Below, piece after piece: positions 19,415 to 52,668 of a stretch of DNA of 64,000 nt (positions within the stretch are counted from its first letter, which is position 1; each line of letters starts with the position of its first letter). The stretch covers positions 8,928,001 to 8,992,000 of the forward strand of contig CM022672.1 of assembly GCA_012295275.1 (NCBI GenBank), read 5' to 3'. Origin of the DNA: Chrysomallon squamiferum (lineage: Eukaryota; Animalia; Mollusca). Both the position numbers and the translations under genes were made by a program. The notes below the pieces were generated by a model. That model ran no database searches and was not told where the DNA came from. It was given only the letters and a program-made list of their open reading frames with translations.

Positions 19415-19603
19415 TCAGTGTACGTCGGTGTTCAGTGTCGTGAACATTCGTTGTACTTTGGTATCTTATCGTGATATGCACGTGCGCATGTTTCGTGTTT
19501 CTGTATTTCCTGTATCGCTTAGGTCAGCTTGTCACTTGTTAACTGTTGTCTGTTGAGTAAATTTGTGCTAATGTTGTTCGGGTTCGTGTTTTTGTGGAGA
19601 CAG

Positions 19604-22600
19604 TGGCTCACACTGCATAGAGTTTGTGACCCGTCCTCCATACATGATTGACAACTTGTACTGACTAATGACTAACAAGCATGCACACATTGTGAATTGT
19701 CGGCCCTTACATTAAGCAAACAAATACTTGAACAACAAAGAATCTTTTGTGTTATTTAACTGCGCCAACTAGCGGCGGCGTATCTGAAGGTCATCCATAA
19801 CTCAGATTTAGGCTCGCAAATGAAAGCATCAAATCGACAATGAATGGTATTATGACATAACACAGATTTGATCTAGTAAATCGATCGCATTATGTAGGTT
19901 ATTTCCTTGTACTAACACAAATAGGAATAAAAGAAAATAATTACCTTGAATTATTGAGATATGCTCCATCAAAGTTATTTATTGAAAGTATACAAGAAAT
20001 AGAAATTAAAATGAACAAATTAAAGAAAAAGAAAGATAAAAAGATGTAACAAAACAGGCGCAAAACTCCCGGATACGTGAGGTGGCTCTAGATGACGAGA
20101 TGTCACACTTCTTCCTAGAATTCAACCAGTGTCTTTACATTCATTTTGAATAAAGCTAAATACTATGATAATATCTATCAAATAACTATCAAAAAAGTAA
20201 ATAGATATATTTTAATAAACTTTTATTATTATCATCATCATCATCGTCATTATTATAAATCAGTATTTCAACTACGTATTATCGTTGACCTCAATTTTTA
20301 CCCTAACATCAAGTTTGCCTGTAACAATTGCAATTGTTTATCTATAATAAAATGAAAATTCATAATTACCTCCATCAGTTGAATTAAAAGTATTAATGAT
20401 CAGTAGTGTCGTATTGACAAAGATCAGATGAAACAAAATAAAGAGAAAATAAAGAGAACGAGAGAAGTGGGAACCATCTATTATGTGTCGTGGTAACAGC
20501 CATCCGATACAGTGCAATGTTTGGCATGTTTAATATTTGTCGTATGTAACAGAAGGCGAGAGAAAACAACAGAAATTGTTTGTTTGAGCAGTTAATATTT
20601 TATTAATTTAGAAAAACAAATTAAAGTAAAACACATCAGACGACTATTTAAAATACAATTTAAAAACCGGTGTCATATTATGTACTGTTGAACTATATAT
20701 AGTTTGTCATGCACAATTTATTAGATCATTAACCATACTAATTAAACAGAACTGACTGTTCTATATATAATACTGATATAAGATTGACAAATATACTATT
20801 ATTATAATCACCCGTCTTCATTATTTATTTATTCATTTATTCTTATAGATACTATTCTTATAATAATAATGATTATAACTATAATCATTATTATCATAGT
20901 ATATTTATGATTTTTATTACTATTTAGTAGTGGTAGTAGTAGCAAAAGCAGTAGAAGCAATGATACTAGTAGTATATATTCTTATTGTTGTCGCTGTACT
21001 TTTAGTTGTTACCACTGCTGCTGATGTTGTTAATTCATATTCTAAAATTAACATTAACAAACTGAATGAAAGAAAAAAGAAAAGTCGCTCGTATGTTTTC
21101 GAAAAAACGTAACTGGAAAGGCACAGTCATCATGTAAAAGCATCAAATCAGATATAAAAAACTACAAAAATTATTTCAATCTAATAAATTGGTATAGAAA
21201 TTTCACATAACAGTTTAGTAGCTAGTAAACCATTTCCTCCGTATTATGCAACAGAAATTGAATATAAAATTGATAAAATGATGATAATAATAACAATGAT
21301 GATGAAAAAGGGTCATCTAAAGTCAAATCACCCCCCCCACCCGAAAACAACATTTTTAATAATGAACGGCTCAGATTTTTTATGAAACTTAGTACACTTG
21401 TTGACTGGAATCCCGCTGAATCAAATCTGAAATTTTAGGCCAATCGGACCAGTGGTGTAGGAGATATGGCCCCCCGTATTTTGAGATATTTGGCTCACAC
21501 TGCAAAGAGTAAGTGACCCCTCCTCCATACATGATTGACAACTTGTACTGACTAATGACTAACGAGCATGCACACATTGTGAATTGTCGGCCCTTGCCTT
21601 AGGCAAACAAGTACTTGGACAACAAAGAATCTTTTGTGTTATTTAACTGCGCCAACTAGCGGCGGCGTATCTGAAGGTCACCCATAACACGGATTTTGGC
21701 ACGCAACTCAAAGCATCAAATCGACCGGGCGACTGCTTGAAACTCGGAAAACTCGTAAGTTGGTGCACTAATAAGTCAAGATATTTTAAAAATTATTAGA
21801 CAATGAATGGTAGTATCACCTAAAACAGATTTGATCTAGTAAATCGATCGCATTATGTAGGTTATTTCCTTGTACTAACACAAAGAGGAAGAAAAGAGAA
21901 TAATTACCTTGAATTATTGAGATATGCTCCAGCAAAGTTATTTATTGAAAGTATACAAGAAATGGAAGAAAATGAACAAACTAAAGAAAAAGAAAGATAA
22001 AAAGATGTAACAAAACAGACGCAAAACTCCCGGATACGTGAGGTGGCTCTAGATGACGAGATGTCACACTTCTTCCTAGAATTCAACCAGTGTCTTTACT
22101 TTCATTTTGAATAAAGATAATACTATGATAATATCTATCAAATAACTATCAAAAAAGTAAATAGATATATTTTAATAAAGTTTTCTTACTATCATCATCA
22201 TCATCGTCATTATTATCAGTAAGTATTTCAACAGTACGTATTATCGTTGGCCTCAATTTTTACCCTAACATCAAGTTTGCCTGTACCAATTACAGTTATT
22301 TATCTACAAATAAAGATAACGAGAGAAGTGGGAACCATCTATTATGTGTCGTGGTAACAGCCATCCGATATATTGCAATGTTTGGCCTGCTTAGTATTTG
22401 TCGTATGTAACAGAAGGCGAGAGAATACAACAGAAATTGTTTTTTAGCGCAGTTAATATTTTATTAATTTAGAAAAACAAATTAAAATAAAACACATCAG
22501 ACGGTTATCTGAAATACAATTTAAAAACCCGTGTCATATTATGTACTTTTGAACTGTATATAGTTTGTCATGCACAATTTATTAAATCATTAACCATACT

Positions 22601-22906
22601 AATGAAACAGAACTGACTGTTCTGTATATAATACTGATATGACTGGTAAATATGCTATTATTATCATCACCCGTCTTCATTATTTATTTATTTATTAATT
22701 AATTTATTTAGATACTATTCTTATAATAATAATTATTATAATAATATATTTATGATTATTATTATTATCTAGTAGTGGTAGTAGTAGCAAGGTAGTAGAA
22801 GCAATGGTACTAGTAGTATTTATTCTTATGTCGTTGTAGTTGTTACCACTGGTGCTCATTAATAAACTGAATGAAACAAAAAAGAAAAGTCGCTCGTATG
22901 TTTTCC
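19604..22906. repeat. 1.4-1.5 kb direct duplication (19604-21101 and 21491-22906)
   Basis: Both copies start tggctcacactgca.agagt..gtgaccc.tcctccatacatgattgacaacttg and end aaagaaaagtcgctcgtatgttttc. Colinear, with small indels. Confidence 0.92.
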
Positions 22907-22975
22907 GGAAATAATGTATTGTGTTTCGTAATTTAATTTCTTGTTTGTTGTAAAAATGGGCGTGACCACCAAACT

Positions 22976-22976
<1 letters not shown>
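21310..22976 (+). mobile_element. Solo TIR fragment of the Sola2-like family (21310-21494 plus 22952-22976), split by the duplicated segment
   Basis: gggtcat...gtcaaatcaccc...tatgaaactt.gta.acttgttgactgg.atccc...gagatatttggc, resuming as aaaaatgggcgtgaccaccaa. Same sequence as the TIR of the 24538-27278 element. Confidence 0.75.
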
Positions 22977-23006
<30 letters not shown>

Positions 23007-24537
23007 TTTTTTTGTTTATTAATTTATTCTTTTACATTTTTAAAATAAAATTTAACGACTGACTTTCGTATTTATTTAACATATAAATACTTCTAATATT
23101 TAACATATAAATACTTCCATATTCATCCCATGCTGATACCTAGTGGCTCTCCGAAAATAGATTTTAATGCCCCAAAATTGAGCAGCATTTTCTTGAGTAT
23201 TTTAAAATGCAATAAAATGCGTATTTATGATCTGATTTTGTTTACAATGAAAACACCTGTGTAAAGAGATGTTACAAGACATACCTCAAACCACAAACAT
23301 AAGCAAACATGGCTGGGTATGTTGACTAGGAAGTCGGGATCAGAGCAAGCTGTTGTGAAGCACGGCTACGACAGGTTTCTGACAGGAAAGCGGGTGTGTC
23401 CGTCGCAGTTGCATTGTACCTGCTCCAGTATTTAAACAGGCCAAGCTGTGCACTGCAGCTATTGGCTGTTACCAGGAAAACTGACCCCAAACAAAACAAC
23501 AAATCACACGACGACAAAGATGGCTCTTCGTTTCACGTCCCTGATTTTCTCTCCTTTTTTCCCTTTTTTTATTAACAAAGTGATCATTGTAAAACATATT
23601 TAAACATTTTGAACATTCAACAAACGAGGTAATTATAAATTTTGTTTTTATTTTACGTAAATTTATGATCGAAGTAGACAAACGTGTCGTTAGGGTACAA
23701 AGATCGAAAGAAAACTGGTTAGATGCTGTTTCGTTATAGTAAATTTATAATTATCATTATTTATTTATGTATTTAATCATTTATTTATTATAAATAATTG
23801 TTTATCATCATCATCATTATCATCATTATTCATGGGTATATCAACAACCATAGATTAAATTCAATCGAAAATTACTATCATAATGAAATTCCTCAGAATA
23901 AAAGTTACTTATTCTACTGATACATAGCCCAGTATTATTTGAAGAAATAAATCGTATATTTACGAGGTTGAAATTTCAGTAAAGAACAGATCAAGATTTC
24001 ATATTCTGTATAAAATATAAAATATTTTCCAACTAAATGTCAGTAACCATTCTTACGTAAAACTATTGAAACCAGGAAGCATTTTCTTTGTGAATTTAAC
24101 TTAATAGATTCTTTTTTTTTTATTTAGTTTTGAAGAGATATTTTTTATTAATTTTGTTTATTGTTGATTTTCTTTTTCTTTTTTTTCTTCTTCTTCATTT
24201 TCTTTTCCTTATTATTGTTGTTGTTGTTGGTGTTGTTGTTGTTCCTGTTTTAATTCGATTTATTTATTTATTTAATCGAGTGATTAATCTATTTATTTGT
24301 TTGTCCACGAGGTAATTATCTAAAGTTTTTCGTTTGTTCGTTCTTTAGTCATCTGTTTATTTAACCATTGGTTCTAAAGTTATTTATTATCCATGTATTT
24401 AGTCGTTCGTTCATTCATTAATTTCCTCTGTAATTTATTCATTCATTTTCTTGCTTGTTTATTGACATGATTTTGTTTTCTTCAGCTGTTTGTCTGTTTA
24501 TTGATTCTTTATTTATTTATTCGCTTTTTTGATCTTG

Positions 24538-27278
24538 TTATGAAACTTGGTATACTTGTTGACTGGGATCCCACAGCACCAAATCTGAAATGTTAGCCCA
24601 ATCAGACCAGTGGTGTGGGAGATACGGCCCACCGAATTTTGAGATTTTTGCCAAAAATGGGTGTGACCACCAACCTTAGAACCCTCATATCTCAGGAACT
24701 ACTGGGCCAATCTTCATAAAATTGGTATTGTTAGAAAGGCAAAATGACAAGGATTCCAAATCTGTCATTTTTGTTTAGTTTGGAAAATATTGGAGTACCT
24801 TGACCTTTTGACCTTTGCTATGACCTTGAAATTGACCGTGTGGATCACGTGATCTTGAGATGACCTTTATTGAAATTTAATCTCCCACATGTTAACTAAA
24901 ACATATAAAAGTTTGCTGGGTGTAATATTTTTTGTTTAGCCACAATATAGATTTAAAAAATGTACATACATAAAAATAACACCTTTTCAGCCATTAACAT
25001 CTGATTCTAAAACCTGAATGATCAATTCTGGATGCTAGGGATCACCATCTTTCTTGATCATCGACATTGTAGGCCTACATGTATGCATAAAGTTCACATA
25101 AATTTGAGAGAACTAGGTGTTTCTGATGCTTAACCTTCTCACTATGTTTGTTTCAAATGCTCACTGTATCCTTCATTCCCAGACACATTCTACTGTTCTC
25201 ATCACTTTCATAAAATTGGATTATTTCCTCCTTTAATTCATTGTCCTTTCAATGGTAAAGGGTGACAAAATCAAGATTTGCACACACTCTGGGTAGGATT
25301 CAGACATTAAGATGTCATTTTAATGTTACTGTAGCTGATGCTAGTTTTTTTCTGTCCTTTCATTCATTCACTGGAATGTGCTAGTGAATGGAGTTTGACA
25401 GGAGTTTCGCCTAAACTCGACAGAATAGAATTCAAATCAAAGTCCTTTTCTGGGGAAACAACAACCAGCGGTTTGTCTGGCAAGTTATCACCAAATTCTC
25501 CCATTGTAATACCACCCATACTAAAGCCATCCTCTGCAGGACCTTTGATTTCTGAAGGGTAATCAGACAGTCACAGCACAACTTGTCTCCTGGCACTAGT
25601 GTCTTTGGAGGATTTACTAAGCATTTGTAAGTGCCCATGCTAACAATTCTTAAAAATCTAGTGCGTGCTTGCTCAGGGTGGCGATTAAGGGGATCACAAC
25701 AGTTTTTCTGCAATGTTGAAAATTTGATGAAAAGTTCTTGTTCATGATACTCTTAATGTCCCGTGTTTTGATCCCACTTCAAAGAGTGAGGAGTTCGACT
25801 TCCTCAGTTTTCCATACACTTCGCAACAACTCCTTTTTGATATGATGGTGTTGATAACACACATTTTCAGGAGAGTTAAAGCTGCAGTTAGCCCTGGAAG
25901 AAATAAGGATTTTCAGTATTGGCCTGAACCTTCAATTCAATAGAACAAAGTCAGTGCTTTCCTAAATATTAAATCAAATCCTGAAACCCTTTCAGTAAAG
26001 TTAAGTAGGTCATAAACATGTGTTATTGCCAAAGGCCCACAAGTCTTGGGCATTTATCTCAATCTTCTCAAGTATAAATCACAGTTTATTAAGGTGAAGT
26101 AGACCTTGTTCATACTCTGTGCCGAAGACTGGGTGTACAAATACATTATGCAGTACATCACTTGATGACGTCTGATTTCAGACTGGGTTGTACTGTTGTT
26201 GACTGAAACCTTGTTCAAAACCAATGGCAAGGCCCACATGACATGATAAAATTACTTAATAGGTTTTATGAAATAAAAATATTGTTTATATATCAACATC
26301 TGACATTGTGTCCAACTTAAAAAGCTTCAGATTGTCAAAGAAACTTCTTTGTCTTAAACTTCTAATTGCCATGTGCTCAATGGGGATTGCACCAGGGAAT
26401 CTAAAGGAGTTCCGGACCTGCCTGAAGCATCACTTCCTGTCAACCCTTTCAGCCTGATTGTGTAGAACATATCATGCCATTTGGCATCTTTTCATATCCT
26501 TCAGGCATTCCTTCAGACATGTCAGGTGGGTTTTAACTCCAAAGATGAGTTTTTAGTCTCAGAGAAAATGTACATTGTAATGCATTGTATCAATCATCCA
26601 TGCAGGTATGCAGTTTTTTAAATCTCTATTATGGCTAAACAAAAAATATTATACCCAGGAATCTTTTATATGTGAACTTTATGCAACTTTATGTAGGCCT
26701 ACAATGTCTTACTCGATGATCAAGAGAGATGGTGATTCCTAGCATCCAGAATTGATCTTTCAGGTTTTAGTTAATCAGATGTTAATGGCTGAAAATGTGT
26801 TATTTTCATGTATGTGCATTTTTTAAATCTATATTGTGGCTAAACAAAAAATATTACACCCAGGAAACTTTTATATGTTTTAGTTAACATGTGAGAGATT
26901 AAATTTCAATAAAGGTCATCTCAAGATCACATGATCCACACGGTCAATTTCAAGGTCATAGCAAAGGTCAAAACGTCAAGGTACTCCAATATTTTCCAAA
27001 CTATTGGTATCCTTGTCATTTTGCCTTTCTAACAATACCAATTTTATGAAGATTGGCCCAGTAGTTCCTGCGATATGAGGGTTCTAAGGTTGGTGGTCAC
27101 ACCCATTTTTGGCAAAAATCTCAAAATTCCGTGGGCCGTATCTCCCAGACCACTGATCTGATTGGGCTAATATTTCATATTTGGTGCTGTGGGATCCCAA
27201 TCAACAAGTATACCAAGTTTCATAAAAATCTGAAACGGTCGGGTTTAAACCATTGGGTGATTTGACACGGAATGACCC
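24538..27278 (-). mobile_element. Non-autonomous long-TIR DNA transposon, Sola2-like
   Basis: Inverted arms at ~24538-25100 and ~26668-27278 (right terminus reads GGGTCATTCCGTGTCAAATCACCC on the minus strand; left terminus lacks ~55 bp). Internal minus-strand remnant HEQELFIKFSTLQKNCCDPLNRH...LVPGDKLCCDC and LNSILSSLGETPVKLH, recalled as resembling Sola2 transposase N-termini. Superfamily assignment is less certain than the TIR structure. Confidence 0.72.
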
Positions 27279-27534
27279 TTTTCTGAATAACAGTGAAATT
27301 ACATATAATAGAAGTAAACCGTCATAAATGAATCCCTCATCATTAGTATAGTTTCTTTGTGTTGTGGTTAACGTAGCTATTTTTAAATTTTAATTTAATG
27401 ACAATTATTAATTAATATTTTATCTCTCTCAGCGCGTGTACTTTCTGAATTTGTTTTTGTTCATTCTCTTTCGAATTTTTAATCGGTTTATTTATTATTT
27501 ATTTATTTATGTAATCTTTACAAATTCATTTATT

Positions 27535-27615
<81 letters not shown>

Positions 27616-27698
27616 AGGTATATTACAATTGTATATATTTATTTCAGTTTGGTTTCAAATGCATTTACACGTAAATGTGTCACTGAAGAGAAACAAGA

Positions 27699-39720
<12,022 letters not shown>

Positions 39721-40093
39721 ACAGAAATTGTATACAACATCAGCTTCTCCGAACATCCAGAAAGTTATGATGGAAGTTAAAGACGATGGAAAATATGTGG
39801 AAGTTATGTTAAAAAAAGAGGTAGACTCGTTTTACAAAACAACTGATGTAGAGAAGATTGAACTCAGTCAGTATGCCGTGTTTGTTTTTATTTGTCTTTT
39901 TTTTTTAAACAATTTTTCTGAACAGATACCGCTTACCTAAAAATAATCTGCCCTTGCATTGTATGAATTATAATAAAATTGTGATGTGCTGGACACATTG
40001 TGATTCCAGTATTAGTATGAAATAAATTATAGAATACAATATGTTAACACTATGTTTTAATATTTTCCAGAAAAACAATTTTTTTTTTTTTAT

Positions 40094-40126
<33 letters not shown>

Positions 40127-41984
40127 AACAAGAACAATAAAACATATATTTCAAAGTGGACCTATTTTGTCTCTTTTTAATTGAAAACACAAAAAAGAAA
40201 TGAAAGCATATAAAAGAGTGCTGACATATAAGTGTAAAGGTATTTTCAACAAAGCACTTGCAAATATGGAAGACTGTTTAAATATAACTGAAATTGTGCA
40301 GACCAAAGACGTTCACCATGGCGTGGTTGTTGTTGTGTTTTCGTTTGTTTTATGTATGTGTGTGGTTGTTTTGTTGTTGTTTTTCAGAGGGTTTCTTCTT
40401 CATAATGACATTCATAAAACTTTGATACATTCAAGACTTTTCTAAATTCTTTTGTACCAGTTACATCAGTAGGTTTTATTTATTGTATATTTTTAAATTT
40501 TCATACCACATTTGAAAGTATATTTGATTAAATTTTAATACAGAAATAAGATGTGATGAATGAAATGATGATGTAGATGATGTTAATGACCACTATTATT
40601 ATTCTCGTTGTTGTCTTCTTTGCTACAGGACATCTTATTTTTGTACAATGATATGGAGAGAAAAAAGTGCTAACTATAATAAAAAGTTTCAATAATAAGA
40701 TTACAGAAAATTATTCAGTATTGCCAGAAAACAAAACTGAACATGACAAAGACTTAATTTCATTCATTAATTTTTATATTACATTTTGATACAAGCATTT
40801 TCTAATTGAACATAATCACTGAAAAATAAATAATTTTAAACCTTTGTTCTTTGTCTCCACCTCTGTTTATTTAAGGTTGAACCTAAATACATAATGGCGT
40901 ATTGCCTATGTTGGAATGTGCAAAAGATGAATATCATAACATTTTATTTCATTACAGTTTTCAATATGCCATAATATTTGAGTTTACTGTATTAATTTAT
41001 TAATGAATTTCTCTATTCAACACCCAACATAGTTATTTTATTTTGTTCAGGAGTATCATTCATATGTTTTTTTTTTGTTTCGTGTTTTCTTCATTCTATT
41101 TTATGTGGGTTATTATTATCTAAATACTAAAACATTTTATGCTATTTCTGAACAATAATCAATAAATAATTATGTTTAGTGACATACAAACCTGAAAAAC
41201 ACTCTTTTACAACTAACAAATGTTTTATCTAATTTAAATATGAATTATCATTTTAATAACTTTTTCTACTTATTTTGAAATCTTAATATATGTGATGAGA
41301 GATTTTCAATATTGCTACCTATTGTTTTTAAGATTATGTCTTATAGAAGGTATTAACTTTTTAATCATGTTTGTAATCTTTTTAATTAACATTTTAACTG
41401 ACATAAGTATATAAATTGCTTCATATTCTATTTACATCAAACAGTTATTTTTGTCATACTAGAAAGTATATATTACAAAGTATCAATTTGAAGAATATTC
41501 AATCACTCAGTATGTTATCAATATAATTTGATCAAAAATTTACAATATTTGTGTTATCTGTGCTAGTGTTAACATTAGTGTGCATATTTAATTGTTTGTT
41601 TGTAAGTCTGTATATATACACTAACATTTCATATCTCTTTATATGCCTATAAGCATACACAAACATTTGTAAGAATGCCTTCTTAATAACATGTAGAATT
41701 ATTTTATCTCTCTCTCACCTCTGTACCTCCACAATATGCTCACTTGTAACATAAACACATATATAACATATTATTAACACTCTCTTTGTACTCATTTCTT
41801 GATGAGTCTTGAACTGTGTAAACAATGAATGATGTTAAAAGATGCACACCAGTATGAAATATTTTACAATTGAATAACTCGTAAAACAATTCTTTATTGC
41901 TTTCAAATTATTAATTTATTGTTTTGAGCGATCTAGCATGATTTCTAACACAGAATGAAAAATAACACAGTTACAAAATATCTT

Positions 41985-42385
41985 ACCAGTACTGTCAATC
42001 CATAAAATAGACGCAGTGACACTGATTAACATAATGAAAGATTAAGCTGGGTGCTTCAATTGAATTCCTTACAGTTAGAAATACAAATATTTTAAGATTT
42101 AGAATTCGTGAATAGTCATAAAACACTGGCAAGTGTTTTATACATGTACAGTAACGCACTATTTTTCCTGTTTTTCCGAAAACAAGTGCTATATCAGCTG
42201 GAAGAGTCTCGAAGGAGAAAGATGTTAGAGAAGGAGGAAAGTATGTATAAAGTTATGTTCAATAAAGTTATGTACTGAAGGTTCTAAACTAGTTTACAAA
42301 ACAACTGATGTGGATATGATCTCTCACACACACACACACAGAGATCTTTAAAATTGGATATATTTACATTTTATTTTTCAAAATA

Positions 42386-42452
<67 letters not shown>

Positions 42453-42800
42453 CTGAACTATTTTTGACTCTAATCAGATTGATAACATCAGATACACTGC
42501 TTTACATAATAAAACATTATGCTGGGTGCTTCAGTTGAATTCCTCGCAGTTAGAAATAAAAATATTTTAAGATTTAGAATTCGGGAATAGTCATCAAACA
42601 CTCAGGTAATCACTCTATCTCCATAGTAACACACTATTTTGCTGTTTTTCTGAAAACAAGTGCTATATCAGCTGGAAGAGTCTCGGAGGAGAAAGATGTT
42701 AGAGAAGGAGGAAAGTATGTATAAAGTTATGTTCAATAAAGTTATGTACTGAAGGTTCTAAACTAGTTTACAAAACAACTGATGTGGATATGATCAGAAA
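41985..42800 (+). repeat. Two further cassette modules downstream of the terminal exon/3' UTR
   Basis: 54-nt open phase-1 exon-like units 42187-42240 and 42661-42714 (xLYQLEESR(R/E)RKMLEKEE) with aag acceptor, gtatgt donor and the same upstream intron block. Confidence 0.75.
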
Positions 42801-42810
42801 CTGTTGTTTC

Positions 42811-42897
<87 letters not shown>

Positions 42898-43491
42898 CGC
42901 CAGTTCAGTTCATCGTCATTGTAATACCAACAAAACAAAAAGCAACAAACAAACAAACAAAAAAAAAGAAAAGAAAAGAAATGAAACAAACTGTTTATAT
43001 ATCCTTTCCATTGAATTCCAAATTTATTTACCACATTAAAGGTATACTTTAGTAAAAGATACACACGTTGATCAATATAATAAAGCCACTAATTCATATA
43101 ATAAGGTTTTATGTTGCGTGCGAAGTTTATTATATAAGTATGCTTACTTCAGTGACATATCACAGTTGTTTTTCGTTTTGTTTTTTTAATTTATTATTAT
43201 AATTTTTTAATTTTTTTAAACAAACATAACAAACAAAGAAGCATTTTAATGGTATTGACTGTGTGATATCTGACATGGTAGTACAGAATTTAAAGATAGC
43301 ATTTGTTATGGAATGAAAATGTTTTTTAATTCAGACTGAAGTTATTGTCAAAATAATAATTTATGAATATATTGAACACATACAAATGCTTGTTTTGCAG
43401 AGAAATCTAAAGGTTGAAAAAAATATATATAATAAATAAATAAATAAATAAATAAAGACAAAAAATAAATAAAAATATAAAAGTAATAAAG

Positions 43492-43529
<38 letters not shown>

Positions 43530-44122
43530 AAAATAAACCATATAAAAGAAACAAACAAGAGATTTCTGAAAAAGGGGAATCCACAAAAAGGAAAAAACGA
43601 AAAAAAAAGGAAAGAAAGAAAGAAATATTCATCAAACTTATAATGTACGTGAGGACAAATTAGCAATAATAATAATGATGATGATGATGATGATAATAAT
43701 AATAATAACAATAATAACAACAACAACAACAACAAAACAAAAAAAAAATAAATAAATCAATATATAAATAATAATAATAACAGAAAACAACAACAAACAC
43801 AGATACATAAAAATAAATATATATCTATATATAATTATGGTTTTAAAACAAAGAAATAAACATTCACTGGGTAGTTCGTTTATTGAATTCTTTAGAGAAA
43901 ATTAATTAATTCAGTCTACGTAAGATCACATTAACATCGCTCCAGTGGATGCAATTATCCTTCTTGTCCAGTATCTAATTATCAGCAGCAGGTCCCTACT
44001 TGTGTCTGACACATCACTGCAGTAGTAACACAGGTAGAAACAGAAACACACACAAACTTGGAGCAGGTAGGAACGTTTTACCTGTTGGTTTATTTGTTTC
44101 TATGATTATTTATTTATTAACT

Positions 44123-44181
<59 letters not shown>

Positions 44182-44471
44182 TTATTATTATTATTATTAT
44201 TATTATTTATTTGTTGTAAGTGTGTATGTCTATATGTTTGTATGTTTGTATCTGTGTGCATATATATATATATATGTATGTATGTATGTATGGATGCGTT
44301 AATGTGCTTATATACATGTACGTATGGGTTTGTGCTCTAAAATGTGATGTGCAGGGCCAATCAAAGATTTTGAAAAAAAAAGTGTTTAATTTACGTATGT
44401 GTTTAATATAACTATATGAATATGAAATGAATCTCATTATTTAAAAACAAAAACAAAAGAAAAAAAGATGA

Positions 44472-44503
<32 letters not shown>

Positions 44504-45452
44504 CCCAGACTAAAATAACAACAAATCAATAACCTTCACGAAAACCGAGAAAAATCCCAAATAAAGAAAAGAAACACATAAAACCTATCTCGTTCAGAAA
44601 AAAAAATTAAAAATATAAAAGATAATTTTCAAAATATATCCATTCTCTACCAAAAAATAAAAAGAATAAATAAAATAAAATAAAATAAAATAAAATAAAA
44701 TAAAATAAAATAAATAAATAATTAAAAGAATAAATTTTTTTTTTTTTTAAATATAAATAAACAAAAGAATAAAAATAAACAAAATCTCGCGACTATCAGT
44801 AGAAAATAGAATATACACGAGCCGGAGTATATATATATAACGAGTTTGCCTATATCAGATTACCATTAAGTAGATCGGAGACATATTTCATATTCCAGTG
44901 CGAGATGAATATTAAATGAGAGATCAAAAATGCTAATTTATGCATGGTCGGTCGGTTAACATCTGGATGTACATTAACAAAACAAAGACGAATAACAGTA
45001 ACATATTTTCGAATGTTGAGTGGATCGGAAACACAAACGTAAATGCAAATAAATTAACGGTTGATTGGCTTTATGTGAAACTGCGAGCAAGGTGACACAT
45101 GGTATAATGTTTCTATTTGTGTTGACAGATCTGAGTTTATACAGTGACTGATTGATAAAGGAATTCTACTGTAATTCAAGGAAATAGGTGTCTGTTTTTA
45201 TCACTTTTTAATGTATTCTTCATTTTAATTATATATATATATATATATATATGAAAATAAAGTAAAAATAATAATAAAAAAGTGTATGATTATTTTGTCT
45301 TGGACTCAAATTTTTGTTATATTTAAAAATGTTTGATTCGGTTCTTTATTTAGTCAGGTTTATTTAGGTCGATTTTGTTTCTTAGATTATTCAGTTAAAC
45401 AAAGATAAAAGTAGGAATAAATAAACTTAACAACTAACAGACTAGCTAAATA

Positions 45453-45507
<55 letters not shown>

Positions 45508-46291
45508 ATAAAATAAATAAATAGCGAAAGTTAGAAATGAAAGAAATTAAAATATATATATATTTCTCCTGATCACGGCTCATGTGGTTCGTTACGTTGA
45601 TTAACAGTTGGACTCGGTCGCACTAGGTCACTGTTTTTTGTTGAGTATTTTTTTTTACCTGTATCTGACTGAGCTGAGTTCATGCGTTTGAACGATTTTA
45701 CCAGGTCACGTTGACTTAACCAGGGGGAAAAAAACAACAAATCTAGATCAAAGTCAACGAGATAAAAGCAATGGCTGTCATTTAATCTTACAGTTTGGGG
45801 TTAAATAAACGCCGTGTGGGTAGTTGACGCCAAAGAAGAAACACTTTAAAAATATTATAAAGTATTAATGGAGAGAAATTACTTTATCTTAGAATCGTAA
45901 ACTTTACTTGTTGGTTAGCGTGGGCTTTCAATCTATTAACTCACCAACTCTTAATAGCCAACCCCAATCACCCACACCCCAAAAAAAAAAAAAAAAAAAA
46001 ATAAATAAAAAAAACAACAAAAAAATAATAACAATAAAACAAAAAAAACAAAAAAAAATTAATTAAAAACCAGAAAAAAAAAAAAAAAAAAAAAACATTT
46101 TTTTTTAATAATAATAATAAAATAATAATAATAATAAAAATAATAATAAAATAAAATAAAAAAAAAACTAAAAAATAAAATAGAAAAAATATTTAACTTA
46201 TCAAAATACCAATGAATATTTATATATATAATATATATATTATACTTGAAGGTTTGAAAGAAGCGTTAGCATTCGACTCGATTAGTTCACC

Positions 46292-52668
<6,377 letters not shown>

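Noticed and set aside
43980-44080. Defensin-like six-Cys frame (PTCSKFVCVSVSTCVTTAVMCQTQVGTCC*) on the minus strand
   Set aside because: An in-frame TAA lies immediately upstream, there is no start or usable acceptor, and the Cys codons come from TG-rich sequence.
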